Shown here: positions 45,121-55,292 of the stretch, in pieces | Position numbering within the stretch: the first letter of the stretch is position 1 | Layout: every line of letters begins with the position of its first letter | Virus record (IMG/VR): IMGVR_UViG_3300008107_006173 | Origin: a virus | Lineage: Duplodnaviria > Caudoviricetes | Length of the DNA: 64,000 nucleotides | Strand: one strand, 5' to 3' | Position numbers and translations under genes: made by a program | The notes under the pieces: model-generated | The model's database searches: none | Seen by the model: only the letters and a program-made list of their open reading frames with translations | Told to the model about the DNA's origin: nothing

Positions 45121-45810
45121 TCATTTTTGATAAAGTATACATTTGGTGATACGAAAGGTCCAGTTGTTGTGCATCATTTTTAGAAATGGATAGTATTGAT
45201 TAAATTCATCCAATTTAGTATAAAACTCTACGCTGCTAGATCCTGTGGGAAATTGGTTGTAAATTTTTAATGCGTGTTCCGGGATACTATCGCCCAGTGC
45301 TGTTAATAGTTCTGTATGTAATACGATACGCTCGTCTTTTCTTAAATTTTGTGTAGCCCTATAGGGCATAAATGCATAAACTTTTGCATCGTATTTGTTA
45401 TACCAATAAGATGATCTCGGCTCAACATGGTATTCCCTAGCCCGCAACAGTTTATGGTGCTCGTCGTTTATGGGCCCAGTTACATGTTTTACAAATTGAG
45501 GAAACTTACTCAATAGTAGTTTGTAATCTTCATATGATACCAAATAACAAAGGATTTCCAGTATGTTATTCTTTGCTGATCTAAATGAACACTTTGATTC
45601 TAAATCTGTTTTGACAACACCATACAGCTCATCTAATAGCTTGAAATAAGCATCTAGATCAGATCTATTTTCTTTGTACGGACTAGCATCAAAAACAATT
45701 TTATATGTATAGGTATTATAATATATTGTTTGGCTAGGTATTATTTTGAAAGGCTTAGACTCATCGCCTAAGACTTCAATATTAGGATGTAAATTTAAAT
45801 TCCGAATCAT
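45121..45810 (-). CDS. Hypothetical protein, ~229 aa
   Basis: Probable start MIRNL overlapping the clpA 3' end. Confidence 0.6.
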   Translation of the reverse strand: MIRNLNLHPNIEVLGDESKPFKIIPSQTIYYNTYTYKIVFDASPYKENRSDLDAYFKLLDELYGVVKTDLESKCSFRSAKNNILEILCYLVSYEDYKLLLSKFPQFVKHVTGPINDEHHKLLRAREYHVEPRSSYWYNKYDAKVYAFMPYRATQNLRKDERIVLHTELLTALGDSIPEHALKIYNQFPTGSSSVEFYTKLDEFNQYYPFLKMMHNNWTFRITKCILYQK

Positions 45811-47974
45811 AGTCAACTGTAACCGTGCCCTTGTCGATATTGTCAAACAACACCTTTTTACTCAGCGGCTTTTTAATCTTTTCTTCAAATACTCGCTTCA
45901 GCGGTCTTGCACCCATACTAGGCTCGTACCCTTCTTCGGCTAGCTGTTTAATTGCTGCTTCTGTTAGTTCAATTTTAATGTCGCGCTCATTGGATGCAAG
46001 TAGTTGATTGGTTTCTTTTATCAGACGCTCAACAATCTTGATCATTAGAGTCTTTTCAAGTTTATTAAACTGCACCACACCATCTAAACGATTGCGGAAT
46101 TCAGGAGTAAAGAACTTTTCAACAGCCTTACCAATTTCACCTGTTTTCTTCTGATCGCCAAAACCAATCTTTAGTGTTTCAGCAGCAGAAGCACCTAGGT
46201 TGCTAGTCATAATTAGCACAACATTAGTAAAGTCTACAGTTTTACCGGTACTGCCTGTTAGTCGACCGTCATCCATGACCTGTAGCAGAACCTGTAGTAC
46301 TTCTGGTGCAGCCTTTTCAACTTCGTCAAGTAGTAGTACACAGTTAGGGCTATCCTCAACTGCGGCTAGCAATTGTCCTTGTCCCATCTTGCCTTCAGCA
46401 TGACCAACATAGCCTGGAGGAGCACCGATTAGTTTAGCAACGCTGTGTCGTTCTTGATATTCACTCATGTCAAACTTAACCAGCTTTGCTTGTAATTCTG
46501 CTGCTAGGGCTCGTGCAGTTTCAGTCTTACCTGTACCGGTTGGGCCTACAAACAAGAAACTACCAATGGGCTTGTTTGGCTCTCGGAGTCCACTCTTGCT
46601 AACAAGGATTGATTCAACAATCTTATCAACTGCGTCGTTCTGTCCGTATACTTTATTTTTGATACGAACATCCAAATCTCTATAACCAGTTGTGCTTTCC
46701 GTGTCAACTACATCAACACCAATCTTACTAATTTTAGCAATTACGCTAACAATATCCTTCATGGTTACATCTGTATCTCCGCGTAGTTTTACGGTAGCGC
46801 CAGCAGCGTCAACAATGTCTAGTGCCTTGTCTGGGAAGAAACGAGTCTTTACATACCGATCAGTGAGTTCAACACTCTTGTCTAACAGGGTGTCGTCATA
46901 CTTCACATTGTGGAAATCTTCGTAGTATTCCTTTAGTCCTTTCACAATAAGTTTTGTATCTGCAACATTAGTTTCTTGAATGTCCAGTTTTGCAAATCGA
47001 CGCATCAATGCGCGATCTTTTTCAAAACTTTCTGCAAATTCATCTGGTGTGGTTGCACCAATGGTTAGCAAACGGCCTTTGCCTAGTACAGGCTTAATCA
47101 AGTTAGCAACGTCAACGCTGCTGCCGCCTGCGCTGCCTGCACCCATGATCATATGGATTTCGTCAATGAACAAAATAGTGTTAGGATTAGCTTCAAGCGT
47201 TTGCAATACGCCCTTAATGCGTTCTTCAAAGTCACCGCGATAGCGTGTACCCGCTAGTAGCTTACCAATATCTAGACTGTAAACAATCTTGTTCTTGAGA
47301 ATCTCCGGCACTTCGCCGTCTACGATCTTCTTAGCGAGTCCTTCTGCAATTGCAGTCTTACCTGTTCCGGGTTCGCCCACTAGTACACAGTTATTCTTTT
47401 TGCGGCGAGCAAGAACGTGTATTAGATCGTTAACTTCTTCATGGCGACCAATCAACGGATCAATTTTACTGTTTTCAGCTTCCTTGTTTAGATTTACAGT
47501 ATATTCTTTAAGCTGTTCTTCGTTCTCAACGCTGCGATTAATAGTATCAATATGCTCTAAGATTCTAACTCGTGACAGCCCGTTGATCTCGCAGAAGTAC
47601 TTAGCGTGACAACTTTCTTCTGCTAGAATGCTCAACAACAAATCTAACGGAATAACTTCGTTTCTACTGTTAAAGAGAACCTGTGCTAAACTGCGCTGTA
47701 AAACTCTATCTACGGTGTGGGTTTTCTTCGGCGGCCCTTTTTGCCCGTTGGGTGTTGCAAGTCCGTTGAGACCGGTATCGTTAAGATAATTAGTGATGTC
47801 TGATTTAATTTGGTCAATGTCAACCTCTAAATCAGTAGCTAGGTTTATAATATCTTTGTACTCCAGCAGACACAGCATAATATGTTCTAGGCAGACATAC
47901 TCGTGACCTAGATTATTAGCATTATTAGCTGCTGCAACAAAAATTTTCTCTACTGCTTGATTCTTCTTACTCAT
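45782..47974 (-). CDS. clpA: ClpA-like Hsp100 ATPase
   Basis: Clp-N domain, Walker A GEPGTGKT and [23 protein letters not shown]; no ClpB middle domain. Confidence 0.9.
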   Translation of the reverse strand: MSKKNQAVEKIFVAAANNANNLGHEYVCLEHIMLCLLEYKDIINLATDLEVDIDQIKSDITNYLNDTGLNGLATPNGQKGPPKKTHTVDRVLQRSLAQVLFNSRNEVIPLDLLLSILAEESCHAKYFCEINGLSRVRILEHIDTINRSVENEEQLKEYTVNLNKEAENSKIDPLIGRHEEVNDLIHVLARRKKNNCVLVGEPGTGKTAIAEGLAKKIVDGEVPEILKNKIVYSLDIGKLLAGTRYRGDFEERIKGVLQTLEANPNTILFIDEIHMIMGAGSAGGSSVDVANLIKPVLGKGRLLTIGATTPDEFAESFEKDRALMRRFAKLDIQETNVADTKLIVKGLKEYYEDFHNVKYDDTLLDKSVELTDRYVKTRFFPDKALDIVDAAGATVKLRGDTDVTMKDIVSVIAKISKIGVDVVDTESTTGYRDLDVRIKNKVYGQNDAVDKIVESILVSKSGLREPNKPIGSFLFVGPTGTGKTETARALAAELQAKLVKFDMSEYQERHSVAKLIGAPPGYVGHAEGKMGQGQLLAAVEDSPNCVLLLDEVEKAAPEVLQVLLQVMDDGRLTGSTGKTVDFTNVVLIMTSNLGASAAETLKIGFGDQKKTGEIGKAVEKFFTPEFRNRLDGVVQFNKLEKTLMIKIVERLIKETNQLLASNERDIKIELTEAAIKQLAEEGYEPSMGARPLKRVFEEKIKKPLSKKVLFDNIDKGTVTVDYDSEFKFTS

Positions 47975-48791
47975 TAGTACTGTTACCTGTCTCTTCTTTA
48001 ATAATATTTAACCATTGAATGTGTTGCGGATCTGTTAGTTTGGTAATTGAAATGCTAACTAAAACATATAAGTCGCCGTACCTTTTTGTTTGCGGGTTAG
48101 GCATACCCCAGCCCTGAATTCTCAATCTAGCACCAGGTTGTACACCAGCTGGTATTTTTACTTTTATTTGTCTTTCTGAAATATGTGTGTAGTCAATTTC
48201 TGTACCCTGCATGGCATCCATGGCATCCACATTGACTCGTATAAACAAATCATCATTTTCTCTACCTAGATTGTTTGGATAAGTGATGTTGAGTCTTACA
48301 ATTAGATCACCTGGAGGAAGGTCCTTAAATCTACTGGGACCTTTACCGTGCATTCTAAATTTAGTGCCATCTCTTACACCTGCAGGTATAGATAGCGTGT
48401 CTTTTACATATCCTAAATCTAGAGTAACCTCGGCACCGGTATAAGCCTGTGCTACACTTATAGTAATATCAGTTACACCGTCGGGGTTTCGTTTAACCTG
48501 CTGCCGCCGTCCAAAAATATCCCCAAACATTTCATTGAATGGGCTACCCTGCCCAAACGGGTCATGCCCGGCCCATTCTGGCGGAGTCCAATTTTCATAC
48601 TGTGATGGATTATCGTACTGCGATTTCTTGTTGCTGTCACTGAGGGTGTCGTATGCCTGACTAATCTCTTGGAACTTTTTAATATCACCACCTCGGTCAG
48701 GGTGGTGTTCCATTGCAAGCCGTCGATAAGCCTTTTTGATTTCTTCTGGCGAAGCGTTTCTATTAACGCCTAGAACTTCATAATAATCCAT
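47967..48791 (-). CDS. DnaJ-class co-chaperone (CbpA-like, no Zn fingers)
   Basis: J-domain with HPD, C-terminal IPAGV repeats. Confidence 0.9.
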   Translation of the reverse strand: MDYYEVLGVNRNASPEEIKKAYRRLAMEHHPDRGGDIKKFQEISQAYDTLSDSNKKSQYDNPSQYENWTPPEWAGHDPFGQGSPFNEMFGDIFGRRQQVKRNPDGVTDITISVAQAYTGAEVTLDLGYVKDTLSIPAGVRDGTKFRMHGKGPSRFKDLPPGDLIVRLNITYPNNLGRENDDLFIRVNVDAMDAMQGTEIDYTHISERQIKVKIPAGVQPGARLRIQGWGMPNPQTKRYGDLYVLVSISITKLTDPQHIQWLNIIKEETGNSTNE

Positions 48792-48797
48792 ATTTTA

Positions 48798-48826
48798 AGT
48801 TTAACTTCTAACCAAGTAAAAGTCAA
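48798..48826 (-). promoter_or_regulatory. sigma70-like promoter TTGACT-N17-TAAACT
   Basis: Read directly from the sequence. Confidence 0.55.
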
Positions 48827-48827
48827 C

Positions 48828-49028
48828 TTATTTCTGTGGATCTGGGGTAGATGTAGCCTCTACTGCTGTAACAGGTTCTTCTTTCTTGATAGTATTTAAA
48901 TCTTTTGGCTTACGCATTAGGATTTCTGGGGGATCTGGCATGTATGCCTGCGGTACTAGTTTGGTCTTTGTAAACATGGCACAACCACCTAGTGCTAATA
49001 CCAAAGGAATAATCAATAACTTTTTCAC
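48828..49028 (-). CDS. o-spanin-like lipoprotein
   Basis: Lipobox LGGC, Pro-rich, overlaps the upstream i-spanin stop. Confidence 0.7.
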   Translation of the reverse strand: MKKLLIIPLVLALGGCAMFTKTKLVPQAYMPDPPEILMRKPKDLNTIKKEEPVTAVEATSTPDPQK

Positions 49029-49540
49029 TTACCTTCTCCATTTTTGGCATTAGCAGCATCAACGGCTGCTTTGTTATCTCTGATCCATTTTTGTAGGGAT
49101 TCTAGTTGTTCTGCATTTTGTTTACAGACAGCATAATTGCCCATTACCACAGCTAGTGCGCTGTTATCCATAACGCCTGATGGCGATTTATCAGATGCTA
49201 GGGCCATATCGGGATTAGCCAGCTTGGCTGCTGCATCGTGTAAATGAATCCAACCATTTGATAACTGAACGCTTGAACCAAGTGAAGCAGTTGCGTCTCT
49301 GTAGATAATTTCTTTCTCTCGGATAGTATTAGTTCTATCCACAAACTGAGTTGTTACATTATCTGAAATCTTAGAATTTTCAGTTTTTAGATCTGAAATT
49401 TGTTTTTCGGCGCTGGCTTGATAGTTAGCAAGAGCAATTTCTGCTTGGGCAGAGCCCTTCATATAGCCCCAACCCGCAGCGCCTAGTACTAGAAATATCA
49501 ATGCAAAAATTTTAACCGGTAACGGGATGAGTCCGAACAT
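49025..49540 (-). CDS. i-spanin (Rz-like)
   Basis: N-terminal TM helix, coiled coil, C-terminal NYAVC..LQKW. Confidence 0.7.
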   Translation of the reverse strand: MFGLIPLPVKIFALIFLVLGAAGWGYMKGSAQAEIALANYQASAEKQISDLKTENSKISDNVTTQFVDRTNTIREKEIIYRDATASLGSSVQLSNGWIHLHDAAAKLANPDMALASDKSPSGVMDNSALAVVMGNYAVCKQNAEQLESLQKWIRDNKAAVDAANAKNGEGK

Positions 49541-49551
49541 GTGTGTTCCTT

Positions 49552-50358
49552 TTATGTTATTTTTGTTAGCAGTACCTGGTCCTGATCAGTTGGATTATAA
49601 ATCACAATGTATTGGTCAATTGGTAATGCTTTCATTTCTCCCAACATACCTTTTAGTTTGTCAAATAGTGTACGATCAAAATCAGACTTGATAGCACTTT
49701 CTGCTATGCCGTGATTTTGTAGTATTTCCTTACCGATGCCAAAATCAACTATTTCTAAACTTAGAGTATTTCGAGCGTCCTGTATATGTAATTTACCATC
49801 ATTAATACCGGCACGCAAAAGATTTGTGGGTCGCAGGAATTCTAAAATTGACTGGCTGTTACTTTCACCTAATTGTGCTTCGGCTGTAATACGCTCTTCC
49901 TCAACTCGCTGTGCTTCTTCAGCAGCACGACTCGCTTCAAACTCTTCACGGGTAACATATTTGCTAGGATCAGTAATGATATATTGATATACTTCTTCTT
50001 CAGCAAGGGGTAAGTAATCATCGTTTAGATAAGTTCTTGCTTTCCAATTTAGCTTGCCTGCTACTCGCTCGGTTTCACTGATAAAAAACTTTATTGATTC
50101 GACAGCCTTTTCGTTACGGTCCATCTCAACGAACAGCATATAGTAACCATCTTCATTTGGATTGGGTGAAACTTCTAGGTCTCGAACTTCTTGAATGGAA
50201 CCGCTGAGAAACTTATAAAGGTCGTGACCAACTGAATCTTCAGTTACATAAAAGCCCATTACTAGAACGTCTTTGGCATCACCAGTTTTAGGTTCAAACT
50301 CGTCAATACTGATTTTGCTTAGTACAGTATCTTTAAGATCATTTTCATGTAAGCTCAT
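49552..50358 (-). CDS. Hypothetical phage protein, 268 aa
   Basis: Long ORF coupled to upstream gene. Confidence 0.75.
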   Translation of the reverse strand: MSLHENDLKDTVLSKISIDEFEPKTGDAKDVLVMGFYVTEDSVGHDLYKFLSGSIQEVRDLEVSPNPNEDGYYMLFVEMDRNEKAVESIKFFISETERVAGKLNWKARTYLNDDYLPLAEEEVYQYIITDPSKYVTREEFEASRAAEEAQRVEEERITAEAQLGESNSQSILEFLRPTNLLRAGINDGKLHIQDARNTLSLEIVDFGIGKEILQNHGIAESAIKSDFDRTLFDKLKGMLGEMKALPIDQYIVIYNPTDQDQVLLTKIT

Positions 50359-50915
50359 TAGATGCCACCTCCTGCAGGTAGTGCAGGTGTCACTGGTGCC
50401 ATTGGTGCTTGCTGTGCCTGAATCTCGTTTTCGCTGTTTAGTGATTCTAAATCAACATACGCATCTTCGTCCGCTTGGACGACGTCTGTTGAAAATTCAT
50501 CAACATATTTTCTTGGTAGCTTGATTTCAACTACCCAAATAGGATGGCTATCAGTTCTTGCTTTGTAGCGGTTACGACCGTCGGGTGTTACTTCAACTGT
50601 AATGTCGTCAAATGTGCGTACTTTGCGAGGAGTAAGCAGGGTTTCTTTAACATACTTTACAAAACCACCTCGAGCAAGAATTCTTTTGGCACCATCTGGA
50701 TCGGGCATGTCCTTGCTGCGGTACATTAGTTTTACACTGACCCAGTGACGGTCTAGTGTAGGGCCTTCTAGTATTTCACCCTTAATCCAATTCTTGTAAG
50801 CATAAAGCTCTAGGTTATCTAGTACATGCTCAAACTCTAACAGCATATCAAGCAGCGTATTTGTTTCGCTGATCTTCTTAATACTGTCGTTTAGCATTTT
50901 AACTGATATAGTCAT
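50358..50915 (-). CDS. Hypothetical phage protein, 185 aa
   Basis: SD AGGAG; GATAAATA at 50935-50942. Confidence 0.75.
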   Translation of the reverse strand: MTISVKMLNDSIKKISETNTLLDMLLEFEHVLDNLELYAYKNWIKGEILEGPTLDRHWVSVKLMYRSKDMPDPDGAKRILARGGFVKYVKETLLTPRKVRTFDDITVEVTPDGRNRYKARTDSHPIWVVEIKLPRKYVDEFSTDVVQADEDAYVDLESLNSENEIQAQQAPMAPVTPALPAGGGI

Positions 50916-50945
50916 AACTTACTCCTGTTATAACTATTTATCAGT

Positions 50946-51281
50946 TTAACGCTTGCTAGTTACGGGCCAATTGAGCTTGAAAAATGATAGAGCTGCTTCG
51001 TCAGCAAAATATAGGAAAGTTCTATAGCCGTCGTGTACATTAACATACCAGGCCCACTTATCGTTGGCTAAATGTGCTTGTTCTGTGATTTTTAGCTGTT
51101 CCCAATAGTAGGTTTCTACACTGGGTCCAAATTGGTCCCAGCACCATTGCCGTAACTGCATAAAGTTAGCAGTACGGTCAAACAGTTGACGATCGTTATG
51201 GTGACGAGCAACTTCTACACGGTGTGTAAAGTGTTGGTGCCAGGTATAGCGACCGTTTAGTTTAGTTACTTTATAATGCAT
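50946..51281 (-). CDS. Hypothetical protein, 111 aa (FxxxxAxxFxLxW family)
   Basis: C-terminus FLYFADEAALSFFKLNW. Confidence 0.65.
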   Translation of the reverse strand: MHYKVTKLNGRYTWHQHFTHRVEVARHHNDRQLFDRTANFMQLRQWCWDQFGPSVETYYWEQLKITEQAHLANDKWAWYVNVHDGYRTFLYFADEAALSFFKLNWPVTSKR

Positions 51282-51724
51282 TATTTTAAATCGTATGTCC
51301 AGTCCTTATTAATGTGCGTTTTAATAGTATGGCACAAATGACATAAGGTTTGACAGTTTTCGGGTTCATTATTATCGTGGTTGCCATCAATGTGGTCAAC
51401 TGTTAGTAGTTTGTTTTGGCATCGTTTCATATCAGCTTCATTTTCAAAGTTGTTGATGTTGAACCGCTGATCATCCTCGTAGGGATTATATCCGCAATGT
51501 TCGCAACAATGCTTTTTATGATATGTATATTTTCTATCAGAAAAAGCATTACCACCATAGCCAACGCCTTGGATCTGATGTTCCCTACACTTAGTGTCGG
51601 AATCAGGACCTTTGTACAAACTTAATAGTTCAGCACAACCAGGAACGTCGCAGACTATGTTATTTTCAATAATCCTACGACGTTCATGTTTGCTCTTTGG
51701 TTCGTCGTGTAGTTGTCTTACCAC
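51281..51724 (-). CDS. HNH endonuclease-like, Zn-binding, 147 aa
   Basis: CEHCG, LTVDHIDGNHDNNEPENCQTLCHLCH. Confidence 0.85.
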   Translation of the reverse strand: MVRQLHDEPKSKHERRRIIENNIVCDVPGCAELLSLYKGPDSDTKCREHQIQGVGYGGNAFSDRKYTYHKKHCCEHCGYNPYEDDQRFNINNFENEADMKRCQNKLLTVDHIDGNHDNNEPENCQTLCHLCHTIKTHINKDWTYDLK

Positions 51725-52833
51725 AAATCTTCCTCTTTGGGGACGAAGCCATTATTTGCAAAATATGTAGGCACCTTGCGCTTCAGCGTCTTTTTAATCT
51801 GAGCATTCAGGAACGGGATACCATGCGTTGGTAGCTTTTGCATACTGGGCTCGGGCTTGTCAGCGTCCTTAAAGTCCTTATACTTTTCTTCGTGCCAGTT
51901 TTCGTATGCAATTTCAGCCTTGGCCCAAAACGGCCCGCTGGGCGAAAAGTCTGCACGCCAAAATGTTGTAGCCATGTCTGCTAGATCGAGCATGTAGTCC
52001 TCATCAAGTTTTACACCTTCTGTGCGACAAATCATGATCCAAGTAAGCATCATATAGCTTTCTTTCGGTTGAACTGCTCGCTGTTGTCTAATAGCAGTCC
52101 AATATACGCCAAACAGATGTAGATCATCAGCGGTAGCCTTTTCAATCTCAGCCAAACGCGAAACAGCACCTACTTCGTGTGCATTGTCAAACTTTTCATG
52201 TGTAGCAAATAGTTTGAATCGCTCTAGTTGCTTTTGCTTTTCGTTTGCTTCGAGCCACTTTGGATTCTGCGAGCTATCTACTCGAACGCCGTAAAGCATC
52301 TGCATCCAGATGTCAATGGGATCTAGTGGCGTTACATCATCACCGTTGAGTCCAACAAAGCCTTCGCGTATTGCGGCTTTTTCAGTAGTGGGATAGATAA
52401 CAATGGGAATATCTGCTTCATCCCAGTTTTCACCAAAAACATATGTACAGATAATATACAGCATAATAACAGTATGCTGACCGTCCCATGCAGTATATAC
52501 ATCCTCTTCTGCGGGATGCGGATTAACAGAGATAGGCCTCACTTTAGTAGACCTAAATCCGTCAACTTTATTAATGCAGCTATCAATAACCAAAAATCGC
52601 TGCATAGTCTTGTCAACCTTAATTTTTGATCCTTTTGCTTTTTGTGCAATACACAGTGGAATATCACTAAATGTTTTCCATTGCGGATTCCTGCGCTTGA
52701 ATTCACGGCATGCCATCTTAATCTCAATTAGACGAGATTCGCTAACAAACTCCTGAAATCGAGTAGGCACATCAACATACTCGCTTTCAGAGTGATTGTA
52801 TCGTGCATTAAATTGATCTGCGTATGACGACAT
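51718..52833 (-). CDS. ParB-like (DGQH-motif) protein, 371 aa
   Basis: MQR, RPISV, YTAWDGQHT, EGFVGLN. Confidence 0.6.
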   Translation of the reverse strand: MSSYADQFNARYNHSESEYVDVPTRFQEFVSESRLIEIKMACREFKRRNPQWKTFSDIPLCIAQKAKGSKIKVDKTMQRFLVIDSCINKVDGFRSTKVRPISVNPHPAEEDVYTAWDGQHTVIMLYIICTYVFGENWDEADIPIVIYPTTEKAAIREGFVGLNGDDVTPLDPIDIWMQMLYGVRVDSSQNPKWLEANEKQKQLERFKLFATHEKFDNAHEVGAVSRLAEIEKATADDLHLFGVYWTAIRQQRAVQPKESYMMLTWIMICRTEGVKLDEDYMLDLADMATTFWRADFSPSGPFWAKAEIAYENWHEEKYKDFKDADKPEPSMQKLPTHGIPFLNAQIKKTLKRKVPTYFANNGFVPKEEDLW

Positions 52834-52864
52834 TTTAGAACTCCTAAATTTTAACTATGCCTAT

Positions 52865-52893
52865 ATATTAACAGATTTTTATCTAAAAGTCAA
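52865..52893 (-). promoter_or_regulatory. sigma70-like promoter TTGACT-N17-TAATAT
   Basis: Read directly from the sequence. Confidence 0.65.
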
Positions 52894-53064
52894 CCACTTT
52901 AGCAATTAGAGCTTAAAATTAAAGCTAAGTTTATAATTATTTTATTCTAAACTAAATATTGTTGTGATGAAAGAAGATCCAGTTCTACACACAAATGCTG
53001 TTATTCAGGGTGCTAGCGGTTCGCTACGCACCTTTTTTAATGGCCTTAAATCACGGAGTCAAAT

Positions 53065-53832
53065 ATGTCACGACGAAAAAGAAAAGAAAATTACAATCGT
53101 TTTCATTCCGAGCAATTTGAAAAATTTAACAAAAAGGGAGAAGTGCATTTGAGATTAATACAAGGTGGCGCTGTAGAGCGAACAAGACACACTAAAGTAG
53201 ATATAACACCTAGAAATTTTCACCAAGACGATTTACTAGGTTACTTAGAAGATAGAAACATAGACATTGTTTTTGCAGTTGGCCCAGCCGGTACAGGTAA
53301 AACTATGATCTCAACACTAGCAGGAATAAAGGGTTTAAGAGAAGGAAAAATTGACAAATTTATCGTAACAAGACCAGCAGTGAGCGTAGATGAGCAACAT
53401 GGCTTTCTACCTGGTACATTACAAGAAAAAATGGCACCATGGACACGCCCAATCTTTGACATATTTGAGGAGTATTATAGATCAGATCAAATTGAATACA
53501 TGCTAAAGGAAAATAAAATTGAGATCGCACCATTAGCATATATGCGTGGTAGAACATTTAAAAATGCTTTCATTATTGCAGATGAAATGCAGAATGCTAC
53601 CGATAATCAAATGAAGATGTTGCTGACTCGTATTGGCGATGGCAGCAAACTAGTTGTAACAGGTGATCTTAATCAGCATGACCGAGGTTATGAAAGTAAC
53701 GGTCTAAAGATGTTTATTGATCGTCTGGTTGAAAAAGGCTCAGACAGAATCAAGTTAGTCGAATTCACAAGCCACGACATTGAAAGACATCCAGTTGTTG
53801 AAGAGGTGCTACGACTGTACGGCGAGGCTTAA
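53065..53832 (+). CDS. phoH: PhoH-like ATPase
   Basis: GPAGTGKT, TRPAV, GFLPG, PLAYMRGRTF, DEMQN, VTGD. Confidence 0.95.
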   Translation: MSRRKRKENYNRFHSEQFEKFNKKGEVHLRLIQGGAVERTRHTKVDITPRNFHQDDLLGYLEDRNIDIVFAVGPAGTGKTMISTLAGIKGLREGKIDKFIVTRPAVSVDEQHGFLPGTLQEKMAPWTRPIFDIFEEYYRSDQIEYMLKENKIEIAPLAYMRGRTFKNAFIIADEMQNATDNQMKMLLTRIGDGSKLVVTGDLNQHDRGYESNGLKMFIDRLVEKGSDRIKLVEFTSHDIERHPVVEEVLRLYGEA

Positions 53833-55292
53833 ACTAGATTTTGTTTTTTCTGGATGTAACTGCTGATTACCATGTCAGCAGTTACATTAGAATTTTCGTA
53901 TAGTTGTCTTATTTTATGTTCCCACGGATCAAATGAAGATAATCCTTTGTTCTTAATTGTGATTGCAAGGCGCTTGCTTAGTACCCTTGCCCCTTTGCTA
54001 TGCATTTGATCGTGCGTCCAATTTAAACTTATAGGATTTCCGTCTAACACAGTAATGCCGTATTTCTTTGGGTTTTTACTGAAATCACTGAAATTATATT
54101 CATTTCCTGGAATGTTGTATAGTCCTAGAGGGCTGGGTAAAATGGCTTTTAATAGCTTCTCATCGCACAACTGAGATATCGTTTCAATTATATGTTCTTT
54201 AGTTTCTAACGGTACACCGACAATATATCCACTACTTGTATGCCAGTGTGGATACTTGTCTCGAATAGTTCTCATAAAGTTCAGTGCTTGATCTTTATGA
54301 ATGCCTTTGCGGATAAGTTTACTTGCTTCCCTATGTAAGGTCTCGATGCCATAATAGTGTCCATGAAATCCAATCTCATCTAAAATTTCTAAATGTTCTG
54401 GTTTAGCCATTAAAAGATCAAATCGTTGGTAACCCACTATATATGGTTTATAATTTAATTCACTGGTTGCTGCTAAAAGATTATGTAATTTAGCTACATC
54501 TTCATTAAATGTATCATCAACACAACTAAAGTTTTTAATTCCATATCGTGTGTACGCAGAATCCATCATTGTAAATATTTTTTCTGCTTCACTATCATTT
54601 ACTTTTTTAGCATTGCGAAATTCATGCGAACAGAATGTACAGTTAAACTTGCACCCGAGCCTAGTTTCAAAATGAATAATGTCGTTATGATCTAAACAAA
54701 AGTCGTCATACAAAACAGGAACAATTGGATCCTCCACAACAACATTTGTTGGATTGTGATAAATTGAGCAATCAAATTTGTTTTTTACAAAGAAGTTGTT
54801 AACCGGTGCTTTGTCTAAAATATACTGCAAGAATAAATGTAAACTTCTTGCTTTAAATACACCATCAGGCTTCAAATCTATTAATGTTGAATCTGCAGGC
54901 GGTATTGCACCGCCAATTATTAGTGTTACATCAATATTTTTTTTAAGTAGCTTGATTGCCGTGTTTACTGGTCTTCCGTTGTGCAGCTGACTATCGTTAA
55001 ACATGATGCTAGCACAAATCATTACTCGTTTGATTGAATGTTTGGAACACCAATCAGCCATAAATTTGCATAAGACTTCAGCATCCCAAAAGTCAGCATA
55101 GTTGATTACGGTACTCGGTATGCTTCTAATATTGAACTGATGGTGGAGCCAAAACGGTGCTAATGGTTTAATAGTATTAGTGCGTCCTAACATTGTTGAA
55201 TTGTTAGTACAATCTAAAATTATTGCTCCATCAAACACTTTAGAATCCCTGTAACCAGGCTGACTTTTCCTTAATGTACTTTTTAACAACAA
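53829..55292 (-). CDS. B12-binding-type radical SAM enzyme (copy 2)
   Basis: GCKFNCTFC, DDTFN, YYGIETL, GYIVGVP; TTG start uncertain. Confidence 0.8.
   Translation of the reverse strand: MLLKSTLRKSQPGYRDSKVFDGAIILDCTNNSTMLGRTNTIKPLAPFWLHHQFNIRSIPSTVINYADFWDAEVLCKFMADWCSKHSIKRVMICASIMFNDSQLHNGRPVNTAIKLLKKNIDVTLIIGGAIPPADSTLIDLKPDGVFKARSLHLFLQYILDKAPVNNFFVKNKFDCSIYHNPTNVVVEDPIVPVLYDDFCLDHNDIIHFETRLGCKFNCTFCSHEFRNAKKVNDSEAEKIFTMMDSAYTRYGIKNFSCVDDTFNEDVAKLHNLLAATSELNYKPYIVGYQRFDLLMAKPEHLEILDEIGFHGHYYGIETLHREASKLIRKGIHKDQALNFMRTIRDKYPHWHTSSGYIVGVPLETKEHIIETISQLCDEKLLKAILPSPLGLYNIPGNEYNFSDFSKNPKKYGITVLDGNPISLNWTHDQMHSKGARVLSKRLAITIKNKGLSSFDPWEHKIRQLYENSNVTADMVISSYIQKKQNLV

Noticed and set aside
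52964-53152. 62-aa plus-strand ORF upstream of phoH
   Set aside because: Overlaps the phoH start in another frame, has no SD and no recognisable features.
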